Virus record (IMG/VR): IMGVR_UViG_3300037047_000121
Reading direction: 5' to 3' (one strand)
DNA length: 64,000 nucleotides
DNA from: a virus
The position numbers and the translations under genes were made by a program. Positions within the stretch are counted from its first letter, which is position 1. Every line of letters begins with the position of its first letter. Below are positions 63,854-64,000 of the stretch, piece by piece. The notes beneath the pieces are model-generated. The model saw only the letters and a list, made by a program, of their open reading frames with translations, was not told the DNA's origin and made no database searches.

Positions 63854-64000
63854 TGATCGGACTGCTCGTGGCGCTGTTTCTGGGGCTCGTGATGGGGTGG
63901 GTCGCGTACGACGTGGACCTGTTCCGGCTGCAGTCGAAGTTCCGGAAATTCCAGAACAAGAGGGTGGTCGCGGGCATCGCGCTGCCGCCTCATGACGGGG
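63854..64000 (+). CDS. small membrane protein (partial; runs off window end)
   Basis: AAGGAGGTGCAAA before ATG; MIGLLVALFLGLVMGWVAYDV... TM helix. Confidence 0.4.

Overview
This is a 64-kb, GC-rich (about 60%), very gene-dense window. Coding runs almost uniformly on the plus strand, with many small genes whose stops and starts overlap (ATGA / TAATG junctions). I saw no rRNA or tRNA and no cellular housekeeping genes, so it reads like part of a large (jumbo) phage or other large mobile element rather than a chromosome.

Main content:
(1) A compact type I CRISPR-Cas effector locus at 25.9-35.8 kb: cas6-cas3-cas8-cas7-cas5 with no cas1/cas2/cas4, flanked by two CRISPR arrays that have related but distinct 36-bp repeats and homologous leaders.
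(2) A radical SAM (CxxxCxxC plus C-terminal Cys cluster) gene followed by nine paralogous genes at 47.4-58.5 kb. Their products share an invariant 16-aa N-terminus, MK[TVI]RxGF[VI]SNSS[ST][ST]SF, and otherwise diverge. An NfeD-flotillin membrane-scaffold pair sits inside this cluster.
(3) About 20 copies of a bipartite promoter-like motif, GGGATCAT-N14-GAGTAG(TCC), 30-50 bp upstream of plus-strand start codons.
(4) At the left edge, a minus-strand ligase-like gene (KxDG motif) interrupted by an intein with a LAGLIDADG homing endonuclease. It is missing from the ORF track because it runs off the window.
(5) Other recognisable genes: topoisomerase IB-like, geranylgeranyl-reductase-like FAD oxidoreductase, MBL-fold hydrolase, two GNAT acetyltransferases, an RHH protein, a SLOG/DUF2493-like protein and many small Cys-rich zinc-ribbon proteins.

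Most remaining ORFs are hypothetical. I worked by eye, so coordinates I derived myself (not from the ORF track) may be off by 1-2 nt.
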